A stretch of DNA of 64,000 nt from an uncultured delta proteobacterium (GTDB taxonomy: Bacteria; Desulfobacterota; Binatia; UBA9968): the NCBI GenBank assembly GCA_963728565.1, contig CAVSLC010000002.1, forward strand, positions 184,752 through 248,751. Reading direction: 5' to 3'. The notes under the pieces were generated by a model, which worked only from the letters and a program-made list of their open reading frames with translations, was not told the origin of the DNA and ran no database searches. Both the position numbers and the translations under genes were made by a program. Shown here piece after piece: positions 62,918 to 64,000 of this stretch (position 1 is its first letter; each line of letters starts with the position of its first letter).

Positions 62918-63694
62918 CACAGGCCGCCGACCGATTGCCGGGCGCGTTCGTCCAGCATCTTCATCTGTGCTTCGCTTAGTGGAAAGCCGAACTGTTCGTT
63001 GCGCATCCGCAGACGTTGGCGCGAGACTTCGCAAATAATTCGCGCGGCGCGCCGGAATGAGGCTTGATCTTTGACCAGGGTAGCCAATGAGCGGCCACCG
63101 CTGTCTTTGTGTTCCAGCTCATCCTCGAGAATTTCACGAAATACCGCGGCGATTTTTTCTTCTATGCCGCGTTTTTCAGCCTGCCGCAGACTTGATACAA
63201 GGCGCCGCCACCGCCTTCCGTCAGGGTGATGGCGGCGCGTTCCAGTTCCTCATTTTCCGGCACATCTCCTTTGACGTCACCTTCGCTGACCCGTGTAAAA
63301 GTCCGGCGTAGGTCTTCGAATAGCCGCCCCGCACCCGGGCCAATTTGCGGTCCTGCGGCAGCCATGTGAGATCGCGCGGCTTGATTTTCTTGCCGCTGAT
63401 TTCCTCGAGCAGGTCCATGACCAAACGCGCATGCTTGGTCTCGTAGGCGAGTTTTTCCGTCAATTCGGTATAGTCGTGGCGAGCGATGCCGTTATCGATA
63501 TTCGAATAGAGTTGGGTCAAGGCGTCCAAAATCGGCTTGATCGCCGAGTACTCTTTGAACCCTTGCGCTTTGAGCCAACGCAGGTGGTCTTGTTTCCGTC
63601 TCGGCACGGCGAAAAACGCGCCGACGACCTCGGCTTCAGCCGCGCCATAAGCCAACGCCAGCTTAGTCAGCTGTTGCGCCAATCGATTTGACAT
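62917..63694 (-). CDS. Ferritin-like diiron-carboxylate protein; frameshifts near 63265 and 63172
   Basis: FKE..YETKH..TEGG..DELEH ligand pattern; the third frame ends ...SVGGL* overlapping the TPM ATG. Confidence 0.7.
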
Positions 63695-63710
63695 TAGATT
63701 GTTTTCGCTC

Positions 63711-64000
63711 TCACTTAGGCGGCACCGGCATGGTATGACCGCACTTTGTGCACGTCCTGAGCCTTCCGTCATCGTAAAACTTTGATCGATGCGAGACCGG
63801 ATCCTGGCGGTAATCGCCGACTTCAACGGCGACGTGGTAAATCTTCTCGCCGCAGTTGTCGCAATATCCAGGTAAAGTAATCTTGTTCGCCGCTTTTGCG
63901 CTTGCTTTAAAAACGATAAACCAGGAATTTTCCTCAACCCGCGGCGAGTGCGGCACGCCGCCCGGACAAAGCAGCATCTGGCCGGCTTTGATGACCGCGG
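63711..64000 (-). CDS. 3-hydroxyanthranilate 3,4-dioxygenase-like protein, C-terminal part
   Basis: GQMLLCPGGVPHSPR, YCDNC, FYDD..LRTCTKCG (cupin plus rubredoxin-like site). Confidence 0.75.
   Translation of the reverse strand, partial: AVIKAGQMLLCPGGVPHSPRVEENSWFIVFKASAKAANKITLPGYCDNCGEKIYHVAVEVGDYRQDPVSHRSKFYDDGRLRTCTKCGHTMPVPPK

Overview
Bacterial, moderately GC-rich, gene-dense 64 kb window. The many orphan NMT1/SsuA-type and TctC binding proteins suggest a Binatia/Deltaproteobacteria-like MAG, but this is inference only. About a dozen otherwise intact genes carry single-base frameshifts, several in short homopolymers, which most likely reflects long-read error. Contents: an ABC exporter with a transglutaminase, Mut7-C RNase, tRNA-Asn, two signalling clusters (a poly-HAMP hybrid kinase with a partner kinase; a CheB-CheR-PAS kinase with CheB and response regulators), a molybdo-hydroxylase/CoxG/GMC/ThDP-decarboxylase run, assorted catabolic enzymes, gnd, and a 3-hydroxyanthranilate dioxygenase/diiron-protein operon at the right edge. 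The best candidate for an undescribed system is a four-gene minus-strand operon at 41617-44867. It encodes a GlcG/HbpS protein, a soluble reductive-dehalogenase-like B12/2x[4Fe-4S] enzyme, a translationally coupled Fe-S-less paralog of its B12 domain, and a ferredoxin-GlcG/HbpS fusion. Also notable: a family of intercistronic GTTCAA/TTGAAC tandem palindromes, a TIR-transmembrane-3x repeat receptor-like protein, and a Cys/His-domain response regulator.
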